Of a stretch of DNA of 64,000 nucleotides, positions 22,496 through 38,953 are shown piece after piece. The notes beneath the pieces are model-generated. The model was not told the DNA's origin. It saw nothing but the letters and a program-made list of their open reading frames with translations, and searched no databases. Origin of the DNA: an uncultured Gammaproteobacteria bacterium (GTDB lineage Bacteria; Pseudomonadota; Gammaproteobacteria; Steroidobacterales; Steroidobacteraceae). The stretch's first letter is position 1. Each line of letters opens with the position of its first letter. The translations under genes were made by a program, and so were the position numbers. Where the stretch lies: positions 169 through 64,168 of the forward strand of contig CAVOSA010000025.1 in the NCBI GenBank assembly GCA_963698735.1, read 5' to 3'.

Positions 22496-23020
22496 GTGCC
22501 TGTCACGGTACGCGACGCTCGCAGTGTCCCCCACGACCGCGAATGGATCCGCGCGGTCTATCGCGACTATCTTTCCGAGCTTTCCGCATCCAAGACCGGC
22601 ATCTTCCCCGCGCTGGGCGAATGGGCCGCGCGTGAAAGTGAGTTCCTCGCCGGCTGGTTTGCCGACAGCGGCGCGCATCCTTTCGTGATTCTCGACGACG
22701 GCCACCGCGCCGGCTTCGCGCTGGTGTCGCCGCCGCCTGCGTTTCCGCGCACGTCGGTCAATTTCCGCATGTCCGAATTCTTCATCGTGCGCGCGTCGCG
22801 CCGTCGCGGCGTAGGTGCGTTTGCGGCTTCGCTGCTGTTCAACCGGTTCGCCGGCGACTGGGAAGTGGTCGAGGACGAGCAGAATCGCCCGGCGCTGCAG
22901 TTCTGGCGGCGCGTGATTTCGCGCCATACCGCGGGCCGCTATGCCGAAACCCGCGATGGCGGCGAGGTGCGTCACCGCTTCCGCACCGAGGCGCATCCGT
23001 CGGCCCGCGGCGCGAACTGA
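22496..23020 (+). CDS. GNAT-like N-acetyltransferase family protein (putative)
   Basis: 174 aa with a GTG start. It has an acetyl-CoA-binding-like RRRGVG motif in ...FFIVRASRRRGVGAFAASLLF.... The family assignment is from memory of the motif only. Confidence 0.5.
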   Translation: MPVTVRDARSVPHDREWIRAVYRDYLSELSASKTGIFPALGEWAARESEFLAGWFADSGAHPFVILDDGHRAGFALVSPPPAFPRTSVNFRMSEFFIVRASRRRGVGAFAASLLFNRFAGDWEVVEDEQNRPALQFWRRVISRHTAGRYAETRDGGEVRHRFRTEAHPSARGAN

Positions 23021-23054
23021 CCGTCGCGCTTCCAGCTGGCCTCGCCTGCGCAAG

Positions 23055-23271
23055 CGCAGTCAACGGACCGCAGCGCGCAAACCAGGCGAAGGAAACGGAT
23101 CTCGCCGTCCCGGCCATTCCCGACCTGTGCGGAAGGACGCCGTAAACCCATCCATGGGGGCTCCGGCCGCCGCGTCCATGCGGCGGACGGCCTTCCGCAC
23201 AGGTCGGAAGCGTCCGCGCCGGCGGAGGAGCGCTTCGCGCTTCGTTTGCGCGCTGCGGTCCGTTGACTACG
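23055..23271. repeat. MITE/REP-like nested palindromic element (copy 1)
   Basis: 28-bp terminal inverted repeats (23055-23082 CGCAGTCAACGGACCGCAGCGCGCAAAC versus 23244-23271, 27/28 match). An inner 17-bp stem pair lies at 23120-23136 / 23191-23207. The core GACGCCGTAAACCCATCCATGGGGGCTCCGG recurs at 61.8 kb. Confidence 0.7.
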
Positions 23272-23306
23272 CTCGCGCGCCAGACATCAGCAACGACGCT
23301 CGAGGC

Positions 23307-26129
<2,823 letters not shown>

Positions 26130-26235
26130 TCAGCTTCAGCCATCGGGCTGCCGGCAGGCAGCCTGCTAATATAGGCGGCGCTCCCGATCCGAGGCAAAGA
26201 CCATCCGACCCCGCGACGACTCCCCGAGGCCGGCA

Positions 26236-27417
26236 ATGACGCCCATTGAGCGTCGTTCCGTCGGCGCCCTGGCGGCCATCTACGCATCCCGCATGCTGGG
26301 CATGTTCCTCATGTTGCCGGTGCTGGCGCTGTACGCCCACACCCTGCCGGACTATTCCCCGGAAATGCTGGGTCTGGCCATGGGTGCCTACGGCCTGACG
26401 CAGGCCCTGCTGCAGATCCCGTTCGGCCGCTGGTCGGACCGCTATGGGCGCAAGCCCTTGATTACCATTGGATTGCTGTTTTATGCGGGCGGTTCGGTGC
26501 TCGGCATGTTTGCGCACACGACCTGGCTGCTGGCGCTGGCGCGCGGCGTCCAGGGCGCTGGCGCCGTTTCGGCCTCGGTCACCGCGCTGGTGGCCGACCT
26601 GACCCGCAGCGAGGTGCGGACCCGCGCCATGGCCGTCATCGGCATCAGCATCGGACTGTCCTTCGTGGTCGCGCTGATCATCGCTCCCGCGCTCGATGCA
26701 GCGATCGGCGTGCCCGGCATCTTCGGGATCATGCTGGCGATGGCGCTGCTCGGAATCTTCCTCCTGTATTTCGCGGTGCCGGCCGAACCGGAACGCACGG
26801 GCGGGGCGGAAAGCCGCAAGCTCTCCGGCCTGCTCGAGATCGTCAACCGGCCGCAGCTCCGGCCGCTCTATTTCGGGATGTTCGCGCTGCACGCGATCAT
26901 GACGGCGACGTTCATTTCCGTGCCGCAGGTGCTTGAAACCAACCTCGGGATCCCGGGCGAGGCCCACTGGAAGGTCTACCTGGGCGTGTTCCTGGCCTCG
27001 CTTGCCGGCACGGTGCCGCTGGTCCTGAAGACCGAACGCAGCGGCGGGGCAGGGGTGCTCTTCTTGCTTGCCGTGGCGCTGACGGGCGTGGCGCAGGCCC
27101 TGCTCGGCCTGGACCACGTGCACCTCTGGGTGGTGCTGGCCGCCCTGGTCCTGTTCTTCGCGGTCTTCAATTACCTCGAGGCGCGCCTGCCGGCCCTGCT
27201 GACCAACGCCGCCCCGGCAGCGGACCGCGGCGCGGCCCTGGGTGTCTTCGCGACCTCGCAATTCCTCGGGGCATTCTTTGGCGGTGTCGGGGGCGGCCTC
27301 CTGCTGGGCCGTTTCGGCATCGCTGGCGTGTTCTGGGGCAGCGCCGTCCTGGCGTTCGCCTGGGCCTTGCTCGCGTTCCGGCCCGCCCTGGCGCCCCCGG
27401 GGGTCGTTTCCGGCTGA
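26236..27417 (+). CDS. MFS transporter
   Basis: 393 aa, multi-TM, with the MFS signature ...GRWSDRYGRKP.... It sits between uvrA and ssb. Confidence 0.85.
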   Translation: MTPIERRSVGALAAIYASRMLGMFLMLPVLALYAHTLPDYSPEMLGLAMGAYGLTQALLQIPFGRWSDRYGRKPLITIGLLFYAGGSVLGMFAHTTWLLALARGVQGAGAVSASVTALVADLTRSEVRTRAMAVIGISIGLSFVVALIIAPALDAAIGVPGIFGIMLAMALLGIFLLYFAVPAEPERTGGAESRKLSGLLEIVNRPQLRPLYFGMFALHAIMTATFISVPQVLETNLGIPGEAHWKVYLGVFLASLAGTVPLVLKTERSGGAGVLFLLAVALTGVAQALLGLDHVHLWVVLAALVLFFAVFNYLEARLPALLTNAAPAADRGAALGVFATSQFLGAFFGGVGGGLLLGRFGIAGVFWGSAVLAFAWALLAFRPALAPPGVVSG

Positions 27418-27504
27418 AACCGGTCGTTTTGCGCGCTTACGCGGCGGCCCCCCGGTTGCCGTAAAATCGCACCCCTTTCCCCACTCCTGCGCAGGCTTCC
27501 CCGA

Positions 27505-27983
27505 ATGGCACGCGGCATCAACAAAGTCATCCTCGTCGGCAACCTCGGCAAGGATCCCGAGACGCGCTACATGCCGAATGGCAAGGCGGTCACCAATTTC
27601 AGCATCGCCACCTCGGAGAGCTGGAAGGACAAGCAGACCGGGGAACAGCGCGAGCAGACGGAGTGGCACAACATCGTCATGTACGACCGCCTCGCCGAGA
27701 TCGCCGCCGAGTACCTGAAGAAGGGCTCGCAGGTCTACGTCGAAGGCAAGCTGCGCACGCGCAAGTGGCAGGACAAAGAAGGCCGCGACCGTTACACGAC
27801 CGAGATCAACGCCAATGAGATGCAGATGCTCGGCGGCCGCGCGGGCGGCGGCGGTGGCGGTGGGGCAGCATGGGTGGCGAGCCGCGCGGCGAGGGTCGAC
27901 CCGCGGCGTCGGGCACTGGGGCGGGCCGGGCGCCGGCGTCGGGCCCTGACGAGTCGCCGTTCGACGACGACATCCCGTTCTGA
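27505..27983 (+). CDS. ssb: single-stranded DNA-binding protein, reading frame broken in a G-run at 27862-27865 as sequenced
   Basis: The OB fold [43 protein letters not shown]...TEWHNIVMY is in frame 1. The canonical acidic tip ...[12 protein letters not shown]-stop (TGA 27981-27983) is in frame 0. Confidence 0.9.
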
Positions 27984-28011
27984 TCACTGCCGGCCCACGC
28001 CGGGCGAGTCG

Positions 28012-29359
28012 ATGCCGCGCGTCTACCTGAAAACCTTCGGCTGCCAGATGAACGAGTACGACTCCGCCCGCATGGCGGACGTGCTGCGTGCATCGGGCGG
28101 CTACGAGCCGACCGAAGATCCCGCCGAGGCCGATCTGCTGCTGCTCAACACCTGCTCCGTGCGCGAGAAGGCGCAGGAGAAGGTGTTCTCGCAGCTCGGC
28201 CGCTGGCGCGAGCTCAAGGCGCAACGTCCGCACGTCATCATCGGCGTGGGCGGTTGCGTCGCGAGCCAGGAAGGCGAGGGCATCACCGAGCGCGCACCGT
28301 TCGTCGATCTCGTGTTCGGGCCGCAGACCATCCACCGGCTGCCCGACATGCTGGCCGAACTGCGCAGCAATGGCCGCTCGGTCGTCGACATCAGCTTTCC
28401 AGAGATCGAGAAGTTCGACCGCCTGCCCGAGCCGCGTGCGGCAGGCGCCACCGCGTTCGTCTCGATCATGGAAGGCTGCAGCAAGTACTGCACGTTCTGC
28501 GTCGTCCCCTACACCCGCGGCGAAGAAGTCAGCCGCCCGCTCGAGCAGGTGCTGGTCGAGGTGCGCACGCTGGCACGGCAGGGCGTGGTCGAGATCACGC
28601 TGCTCGGCCAGAACGTCAACGCCTATCGCGGCCCGATGGTCGAGGGCGGTCATGCCGACCTCGCCGCGCTCGTCTACCTCGTCGCGGCCGTGCCCGGCAT
28701 CGAACGCATCCGGTTCACGACGTCGCATCCGGTCGAATTCCGCGACAGCCTGATCGACGCCTACCGCGACGTGCCGAAACTTGCCAACTCCCTGCACCTG
28801 CCGGTGCAGAGCGGTTCGGACCGCGTGCTCGCGCTCATGAAGCGCGGCCACACGGTGCTCGAGTACAAGCAGAAGATCCGCAGGCTGCGCGAAGCCCGGC
28901 CGGACGTCAGCCTGTCCACGGACATCATCGTCGGCTTCCCAGGCGAGACCGAGCGTGATTTCCAGGCCACGCTCGACCTGGTGCGCGACGTCGGTTTCGA
29001 CCAGAGTTTCAGCTTCATCTACAGCCCGCGACCGGGCACGCCGGCTTCATCGCTGCCCGACGACGTCACGCACGATGAAAAACAGGCGCGGCTCGAACGG
29101 CTGCAGGCGCAGCTCAACGCGCAGGCGCAGGCCATCAGCCTGCGGATGGTCGGCACCACGCAGCGCGTGCTGGTCGAGCGGCCGTCACGACGTGACGCTC
29201 GCCAGCTGGCCGGCCGCACCGAGAACAACCGCTGGGTCAATTTCGACGGGCCGGCAGCGCTGATCGACCGCTTTGCGGAGGTCGTCATCACCGAGGCGAT
29301 GCCAAATTCGCTGCGCGGCCGGCTGGTGGACAGACGTGGCAGAACGGAGCATCGCGTGA
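28012..29359 (+). CDS. miaB: tRNA-2-methylthio-N6-dimethylallyladenosine synthase, 3' end out of frame as sequenced (shift near 29329)
   Basis: [18 protein letters not shown]...[21 protein letters not shown] (radical-SAM CxxxCxxC). The in-frame stop is missing. One frame forward gives ...TDVAERSIA-stop at TGA 29357-29359, overlapping the GTG of phoH. Confidence 0.88.
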
Positions 29360-30348
29360 GCGCGCCCATCGAAGCGCGCGAACTCTCGCTGGCCGGGGCT
29401 GGCAACTCGCGGCTCGCGAACTTCGCGGGACCGATGGAGCAGAACCTGCGCCACGTCGAGGAACGGCTCGGCGTCGAGGTGCGCCGCCGCGGTCACGACG
29501 TGGAGGTGCTCGGGCCGGCCGAGGCCGTCGCCAATGCTGCCGCGGTGTTGCAGCGAATGTTCGAACTGTCGGCCAAGGAGACCCTGTCCCCCGACCGCGT
29601 CCATCTCTGCGTGCAGGAATTCGGCTTTCCGCGTGCAGCGACCGGGACCGCTGCCGACGCCGGGCACGAGACCGTCGTGCACACCCAGCGCGGCGGCATC
29701 CGCGGCCGCGGTCCCAACCAGCGGCAGTACCTCGAGCAGATCCGCATCAACGACCTCACGTTCGGTATCGGGCCAGCGGGCACGGGCAAGACCTATCTCG
29801 CGGTGGCGAGCGCAGTCGAAGCGCTGCATTCGGGCAGCGTGCGCCGCATCGTGCTGGTGCGGCCCGCGGTGGAGGCGGGCGAACGGCTCGGCTTCCTGCC
29901 GGGCGACATGGCGCAGAAGGTCGATCCGTACCTGCGCCCGATGTACGACGCGCTCTACGAGATGATGGGCTTCGACCGCGTCGCGCGGAACATCGAGCGC
30001 CAGGTCATCGAAGTGGCGCCGCTCGCGTTCATGCGCGGCCGTTCGCTCAACGATTCGTTCATCATCCTCGACGAAGCGCAGAACACGTCGGTCGAGCAGA
30101 TGAAGATGTTCCTGACGCGCCTCGGCTTCGGCTCCAAGGCCGTGGTCACCGGCGACATCACGCAGGTGGACCTGCCGCGACAACAGCGTTCGGGCCTGCG
30201 TCACGCGATCGAAGTACTGCGCGGCGTGGAGGGCGTGGCGTTCACGTTCTTCAACGCGCTCGACGTCGTGCGTCATCCGCTGGTGCAGCGCATCGTGCAG
30301 GCGTACGAGCGCAACACCGAGGCCGACGATGCGCAGGACCGCAGATGA
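29356..30348 (+). CDS. ybeZ: PhoH-like ATPase (YbeZ)
   Basis: About 330 aa with a GTG start. ...[22 protein letters not shown]...[35 protein letters not shown].... Confidence 0.92.
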   Translation: MSAPIEARELSLAGAGNSRLANFAGPMEQNLRHVEERLGVEVRRRGHDVEVLGPAEAVANAAAVLQRMFELSAKETLSPDRVHLCVQEFGFPRAATGTAADAGHETVVHTQRGGIRGRGPNQRQYLEQIRINDLTFGIGPAGTGKTYLAVASAVEALHSGSVRRIVLVRPAVEAGERLGFLPGDMAQKVDPYLRPMYDALYEMMGFDRVARNIERQVIEVAPLAFMRGRSLNDSFIILDEAQNTSVEQMKMFLTRLGFGSKAVVTGDITQVDLPRQQRSGLRHAIEVLRGVEGVAFTFFNALDVVRHPLVQRIVQAYERNTEADDAQDRR

Positions 30349-30929
30349 CCACGCGCAATCGAACGGGTGTGCGGACAGCCAGTCTGCGCGGGAAGCAGCC
30401 AGCCGCCGCGCGTTGCGCGCTTGCGGTCGAACTCCAGCTCGCCACCCGCCGGCCATGGGTGCCAGGCACGGTGACGCTGCGCCGCTGGGCGCGTGCCGCG
30501 CATGAAGCCGGGCTGGCTGCGCTGCCCGTGCGCCAGCGCCGCATCCATGCCGCCGTCGAGCAGGACGCCGCCGTGTGCCTGCGCGTCGTCGGCAGCGCCG
30601 AAAGCCGGCGCCTGGATCGCGACTACCGCGGCCACGACAAAGCCACCAACGTGCTCTCGTTCCCGTCGTCGCCGCAGGAGCGGGTCGCCACCGGCGTGCT
30701 GGGCGACCTCGTGATCTGCGCGCCCGTCGTCGCGCGCGAAGCGCGCGAGCAGCGCAAGGCCCTGGGGGCGCACTGGGCACACATGGTGGTGCACGGCACC
30801 CTGCACCTGCTCGGTTACGACCACGAGCGGAGGCAGGACGCGCGGACGATGGAGGCGCTCGAAGTGGAAATCCTGCGCGGATTGGGGTTTCATGATCCCT
30901 ATCACTGGGTCACCGAACGGGCCGTATGA
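30345..30929 (+). CDS. ybeY: rRNA maturation endoribonuclease YbeY
   Basis: The [11 protein letters not shown] zinc motif and ...ATNVLSFP... are present. 194 aa if started at the ATG overlapping the phoH stop; the N-terminus may be shorter. Confidence 0.88.
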   Translation: MTTRNRTGVRTASLRGKQPAAARCALAVELQLATRRPWVPGTVTLRRWARAAHEAGLAALPVRQRRIHAAVEQDAAVCLRVVGSAESRRLDRDYRGHDKATNVLSFPSSPQERVATGVLGDLVICAPVVAREAREQRKALGAHWAHMVVHGTLHLLGYDHERRQDARTMEALEVEILRGLGFHDPYHWVTERAV

Positions 30930-31792
30930 GTAGCAGCGGGCATTCAGGTTCCTCCGGCAGCTGGCTCCGTCGCCTCGCAGAGTCGATTTCCGGCGAGCCA
31001 CGCAACCTGGAGCAGCTCGCCGAGGTTCTCGGCGATGCCCGTGACCGCGGCCTGATCGACGCCGAGGTGCTGCAGATGCTCGAAGCGGTGCTGCAGGTTT
31101 CCGAGATCCAGGTGCGCGACGTCATGGTGCCGCGCTCGCAGATGGTCGTGATCAACCGCGACGAGCCGGTCGAGAAGATCCTGCCGATCGTCATCGAATC
31201 GGGGCACTCGCGCTTTCCCGTTGTCGGCGAAGACCGCGACGAGGTGCAGGGCATCCTGCTCGCCAAGGACCTGCTGCGATACTTCGTCGAAGATCAGGCC
31301 GGCGATTTCGACATCAAGGAGTGCCTGCGACCTGCAGTGTTCATCCCCGAGAGCAAGCGCCTCAACGTGCTGCTCAAGGAATTCCGCGTCACTCACAACC
31401 ACATGGCTATCGTCGTGGACGAGTACGGCGGCGTGTCGGGCCTGCTGACGATCGAGGACGTGCTCGAACAGATCGTTGGCGACATCGGCGACGAATACGA
31501 CATCGACGAAGGCGAGGGCATCCGCAAGGAAGGCGACCGCAGCTGGACGGTGCCGGCGCTGACCCGCATCGAGGATTTCAACCAGGCATTCGGCACGCGC
31601 TTCGCCGACGAGGAATTCGACACCATCGGCGGGCTCGTGCTGCACGAACTCGGGCGCATGCCCCGCCGCGGCGAGGCCGTGCAGATCGGCGGGCTCGAAA
31701 TCAAGGTGACGCGTGCCGACCGGCGCCGCATCGAGACCCTGCGCGTCACGACGCCGCGCGACCTCGAAGTCCGCACGACGGAAGGCGGCTAG
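30926..31792 (+). CDS. corC: CBS-pair/CorC_HlyC domain magnesium-cobalt efflux protein
   Basis: 288 aa, ...VRDVMVPRSQMVVI...ESGHSRFPVVGEDRDEVQGILLAKDLL...AIVVDEYGGVSGLLTIEDVLEQIVG.... Confidence 0.9.
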   Translation: MSSSGHSGSSGSWLRRLAESISGEPRNLEQLAEVLGDARDRGLIDAEVLQMLEAVLQVSEIQVRDVMVPRSQMVVINRDEPVEKILPIVIESGHSRFPVVGEDRDEVQGILLAKDLLRYFVEDQAGDFDIKECLRPAVFIPESKRLNVLLKEFRVTHNHMAIVVDEYGGVSGLLTIEDVLEQIVGDIGDEYDIDEGEGIRKEGDRSWTVPALTRIEDFNQAFGTRFADEEFDTIGGLVLHELGRMPRRGEAVQIGGLEIKVTRADRRRIETLRVTTPRDLEVRTTEGG

Positions 31793-31796
31793 CCGG

Positions 31797-33314
31797 GTGG
31801 ACGTCCCGGCCCTGCTGCAGCGCGTCCTCGACCGCGGACGCTGGCTGGCGCTGCCGCTCGGCAGCCTGCTCGCGCTCGCGTTCGCCCCGGTCGATCATTT
31901 CCTGCTGGCGTTTGCCAGCCCGGCGGCACTGTTCGTGCTGTGGCACGGCGTGCGCCCGCGCGAGGCTGCGTGGCGCGGCTTCCTGTTCACGGGCGGCACG
32001 TTCCTGGCCGGCACGTACTGGCTGTACCACAGCATTCACCTCGTGGGCCAGGCGCCGCTCTGGATCGCGCTGTTCCTCATGCTCGGCCTGGTTGCGATCA
32101 TGGGCACGTACACGGCCGCCATCGGTTACGTGGCCGCGCGCTGGGCGCCAGCACGAGGCGCGTTACGCTGGCTGTTCCTGCTGCCAGCGCTCTGGGTGTT
32201 CGCGGAATGGATGCGCGGCTGGTTCCTGAGTGGCTTTCCCTGGCTGGCACTCGGGTATTCGCAACTGGCCACGCCATTGCGCGGCTACGCACCCGTGCTG
32301 GGAGTGTACGGCGTGAGCCTCGCGGCGGCGGTGACCGCGGGCGTCCTTGCCACGCTGCTGCTCGGTCGAGCACGCGAACGCATCGTCGCTGTCGTCGTGG
32401 CGCTCGCCGTCTGGGGCGCCGGCACGGCGCTGACCCGCGTCGACTGGACGATCGAACGCGGCGCGCCGCTGCGCGTCGCCCTGGTGCAGGGGGCAGTGCC
32501 GCAGTCGATGAAGTGGGAAGCGGGTCACCGCGAGCACACGATGCAGCTCTATGCCCACCAGATGGCGCCGTACCTGGGCAGCGACGTCATCGTCTGGCCG
32601 GAGTCGGCGATTCCCGCGCTCGAGGAAAACGTGCGGCCGTACCTCGCGCAGATGGCGCAGCTGGCGAACGAGAGCGGCTCGTCGCTGATCATGGGCCTGC
32701 TGCGGCGTGATGCGGCCAGCGGCGCGTACCACAACTCGATCGCGGCCTGGGCGCTCGACCAGCCGGTCCAGTGGTATGACAAGCGCCGGCTCGTCCCGTT
32801 CGGCGAGTTCTTTCCGGTGCCGCAGGCCGTGCGCGAATGGCTGCGGCTCATGAACCTGCCGTACTCCGACTTCGAGCCGGGCCGTGACGATCCGGTGCCG
32901 CTGCGGGCGGCCGGCGAAACCTTCGCGCCCACGATCTGCTACGAGGATGCCTACGGTTCGGAACAGCTCGCGCTCGTCCGGCGGTCGTCGCTGCTCGTGA
33001 ACGTGACCAACGACGCCTGGTTCGGCGATTCGACCGCGCCGCACCAGCACGTCGACATCAGTCGCATGCGCTCGCTCGAGAGCGGTCGGGCGATGCTGCG
33101 CGCGACCAACGACGGCGTCACGGCGTTGATCGAGCACGATGGTTCCCTGATCGGCACGCTGCCGCAGTTCCAGCCGGCAGTGCTTACGGGCACCGTGCAG
33201 CCGCGGACAGGCATGACCCCCTACGTGCGCTTCGGCAACTGGCCGGTGCTGGCCGTGCTCTGGCTCGCCGTGGCGTACATCGCGGTCACCGGCCGCCGGA
33301 GCCGCCATCGATGA
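31797..33314 (+). CDS. lnt: apolipoprotein N-acyltransferase
   Basis: Multi-TM N-terminal region plus a C-N hydrolase domain (...VVWPESAIP...ICYEDAY...). A GTG at 31797 is chosen to avoid overlap with corC. It follows corC as in the ybeZYX-lnt cluster. Confidence 0.88.
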   Translation: MDVPALLQRVLDRGRWLALPLGSLLALAFAPVDHFLLAFASPAALFVLWHGVRPREAAWRGFLFTGGTFLAGTYWLYHSIHLVGQAPLWIALFLMLGLVAIMGTYTAAIGYVAARWAPARGALRWLFLLPALWVFAEWMRGWFLSGFPWLALGYSQLATPLRGYAPVLGVYGVSLAAAVTAGVLATLLLGRARERIVAVVVALAVWGAGTALTRVDWTIERGAPLRVALVQGAVPQSMKWEAGHREHTMQLYAHQMAPYLGSDVIVWPESAIPALEENVRPYLAQMAQLANESGSSLIMGLLRRDAASGAYHNSIAAWALDQPVQWYDKRRLVPFGEFFPVPQAVREWLRLMNLPYSDFEPGRDDPVPLRAAGETFAPTICYEDAYGSEQLALVRRSSLLVNVTNDAWFGDSTAPHQHVDISRMRSLESGRAMLRATNDGVTALIEHDGSLIGTLPQFQPAVLTGTVQPRTGMTPYVRFGNWPVLAVLWLAVAYIAVTGRRSRHR

Positions 33315-34387
33315 GCGAACACCGCGGCGCAATCACGGCGGAAGGCGAACTCTATCCGTCGCCGCGGCGCGCTCTCGACTACCTCGAGATCGATCCGCCC
33401 GAGCCCGGCCATGCCCTGGCGCTGGGTGAGGGGTTGCTGTGGGCGCGAATTCCGCTGCCGATGGAGCTCAACCACATCAACGTCTGGCTGCTCGCGCACG
33501 AGGATGGCTGGATGCTGGTGGACACCGGGCTGGCCGAAGACGTGTGCCGCGAGGCCTGGCACTCCCTGGAGTTCAACGACCTCGGTGGCCGCCCGCTGCG
33601 CCGGATCTTCCTGACGCACGACCATCCGGATCACATGGGACTCTCGCGCTGGCTGCACGAGCGTCACGGTGCTCCGGTGTGGATGTCCGAGATCGGGCAC
33701 GCGTCGACCGGCGAATACCTTGCGACGTCGCCCGCCGCGCTCGGCGCAATGCGCCACGGCTTCCTGAACGGGCACGGCATGGAGATCGAGCTGGAAGCGC
33801 TGCTCAAGGCCTCCGGCAGCGAGCACGGCAAGTGGTTCGGCGGCTTGCCGCCGTTGGCGCACGCGCCCTCCGGCGGCGAGCGCCTGGCGGCGGCAGGACG
33901 CGATTGGGAGATCATCGAGACCAGCGGCCACTGTCGCGGTCACCTGTGCCTGTACGACGCGCGGAACGAAGTGCTCATCACCGGCGACCAGGTGCTGCCC
34001 ACGATTTCTCCAAACGTCAGCGTGCTGGCCCACCGGCCGGACGCGAACCCGTTGGGCGAGTTCCTCGGCTCGCTCGCACGGCTCGAACAATGCGCGCGCA
34101 ACACGCTCGTGCTGCCGTCCCACGGCCGGCCGTTCCGTGGGCTGCAGCGCCGCATCCAGGTGCTGCGCTCACACCACATGGAGCAACTCGACAACCTGCG
34201 CGCGGCCTGCCGGGAATCGCGGTCTGCTTACGACCTGCTGCCGGTCATGTACGGACGGCCGCTGCGCGGCTACCACCGCTTCCTCGCGCTAGGCGAAACC
34301 GTTGCGCACCTCAATTACCTTTGGCACAACGGCGACCTTGCGCGTACCGTGGACGACGCCGGCCGTGTCCGTTTCGTGGCTGGTTGA
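33311..34387 (+). CDS. MBL-fold metallo-hydrolase
   Basis: 358 aa with the THDHPDHMG motif. Confidence 0.8.
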   Translation: MSEHRGAITAEGELYPSPRRALDYLEIDPPEPGHALALGEGLLWARIPLPMELNHINVWLLAHEDGWMLVDTGLAEDVCREAWHSLEFNDLGGRPLRRIFLTHDHPDHMGLSRWLHERHGAPVWMSEIGHASTGEYLATSPAALGAMRHGFLNGHGMEIELEALLKASGSEHGKWFGGLPPLAHAPSGGERLAAAGRDWEIIETSGHCRGHLCLYDARNEVLITGDQVLPTISPNVSVLAHRPDANPLGEFLGSLARLEQCARNTLVLPSHGRPFRGLQRRIQVLRSHHMEQLDNLRAACRESRSAYDLLPVMYGRPLRGYHRFLALGETVAHLNYLWHNGDLARTVDDAGRVRFVAG

Positions 34388-34397
34388 GGAGGCAAGC

Positions 34398-34838
34398 ATG
34401 GATCTATCTGCAGCGACGGTCTGGTGGGTGCTGGCAGGAATTGCGGTCGCGGTCGAACTGTCCTCGGGCACGTTTTACCTGCTGATGCTGGCACTCGGTC
34501 TCGCGGCCGGGGCGCTCGCCAGTTACCTCGGGTTCGGCGTGCCGTCGCAGATCGTCATTGCCGGCATCGTCGGCGGCGGCGCTACGGCGTTGCTGCATTG
34601 GCGGCGCCTCCGCGGGGTTCCGGTCGCGCCGGCTGCGCAGAATCGTGACGCGAACCTCGACATCGGCGAGCGCGTGTACGTGCAGGAATGGGCGGCGAAC
34701 CGCACCGCGCGCGTGCAGTATCGAGGCTCGCCCTGGGAGGCGCGCCTGGCACCGGGTGCGCCGTCGGCTCCGGGCGAGCACCTGGTCAGCGCCGTGGAAG
34801 GCAACTGGCTGGTGCTCGAGCCGGCGCCGCGGCGGTAA
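34398..34838 (+). CDS. NfeD family membrane protein
   Basis: 146 aa, with two or three N-terminal TM helices and a C-terminal OB-like soluble domain. It lies immediately upstream of the SPFH gene, which is the classical nfeD-SPFH pairing. Confidence 0.75.
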   Translation: MDLSAATVWWVLAGIAVAVELSSGTFYLLMLALGLAAGALASYLGFGVPSQIVIAGIVGGGATALLHWRRLRGVPVAPAAQNRDANLDIGERVYVQEWAANRTARVQYRGSPWEARLAPGAPSAPGEHLVSAVEGNWLVLEPAPRR

Positions 34839-34878
34839 AAGACATGGCAATCGAATCCAGGATAGGGACGGGCTGAAC

Positions 34879-38940
<4,062 letters not shown>

Positions 38941-38953
38941 GCGCCGTCGGGGA

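Noticed and set aside
26130-26235. LexA/SOS box in the divergent uvrA/MFS promoter region (CTGCTAATATAGGCGG).
   Set aside because: It does not form the CTG-N10-CAG palindrome or any other dyad I recognise as a LexA site. It is probably just the AT-rich -10 region.
27505-30348. 947-aa polyprotein SSB-MiaB-PhoH.
   Set aside because: The SSB DDDIPF tip with its stop, and a MiaB stop overlapping the phoH GTG, are both recoverable by one-base frame corrections. The three proteins otherwise have normal independent boundaries.
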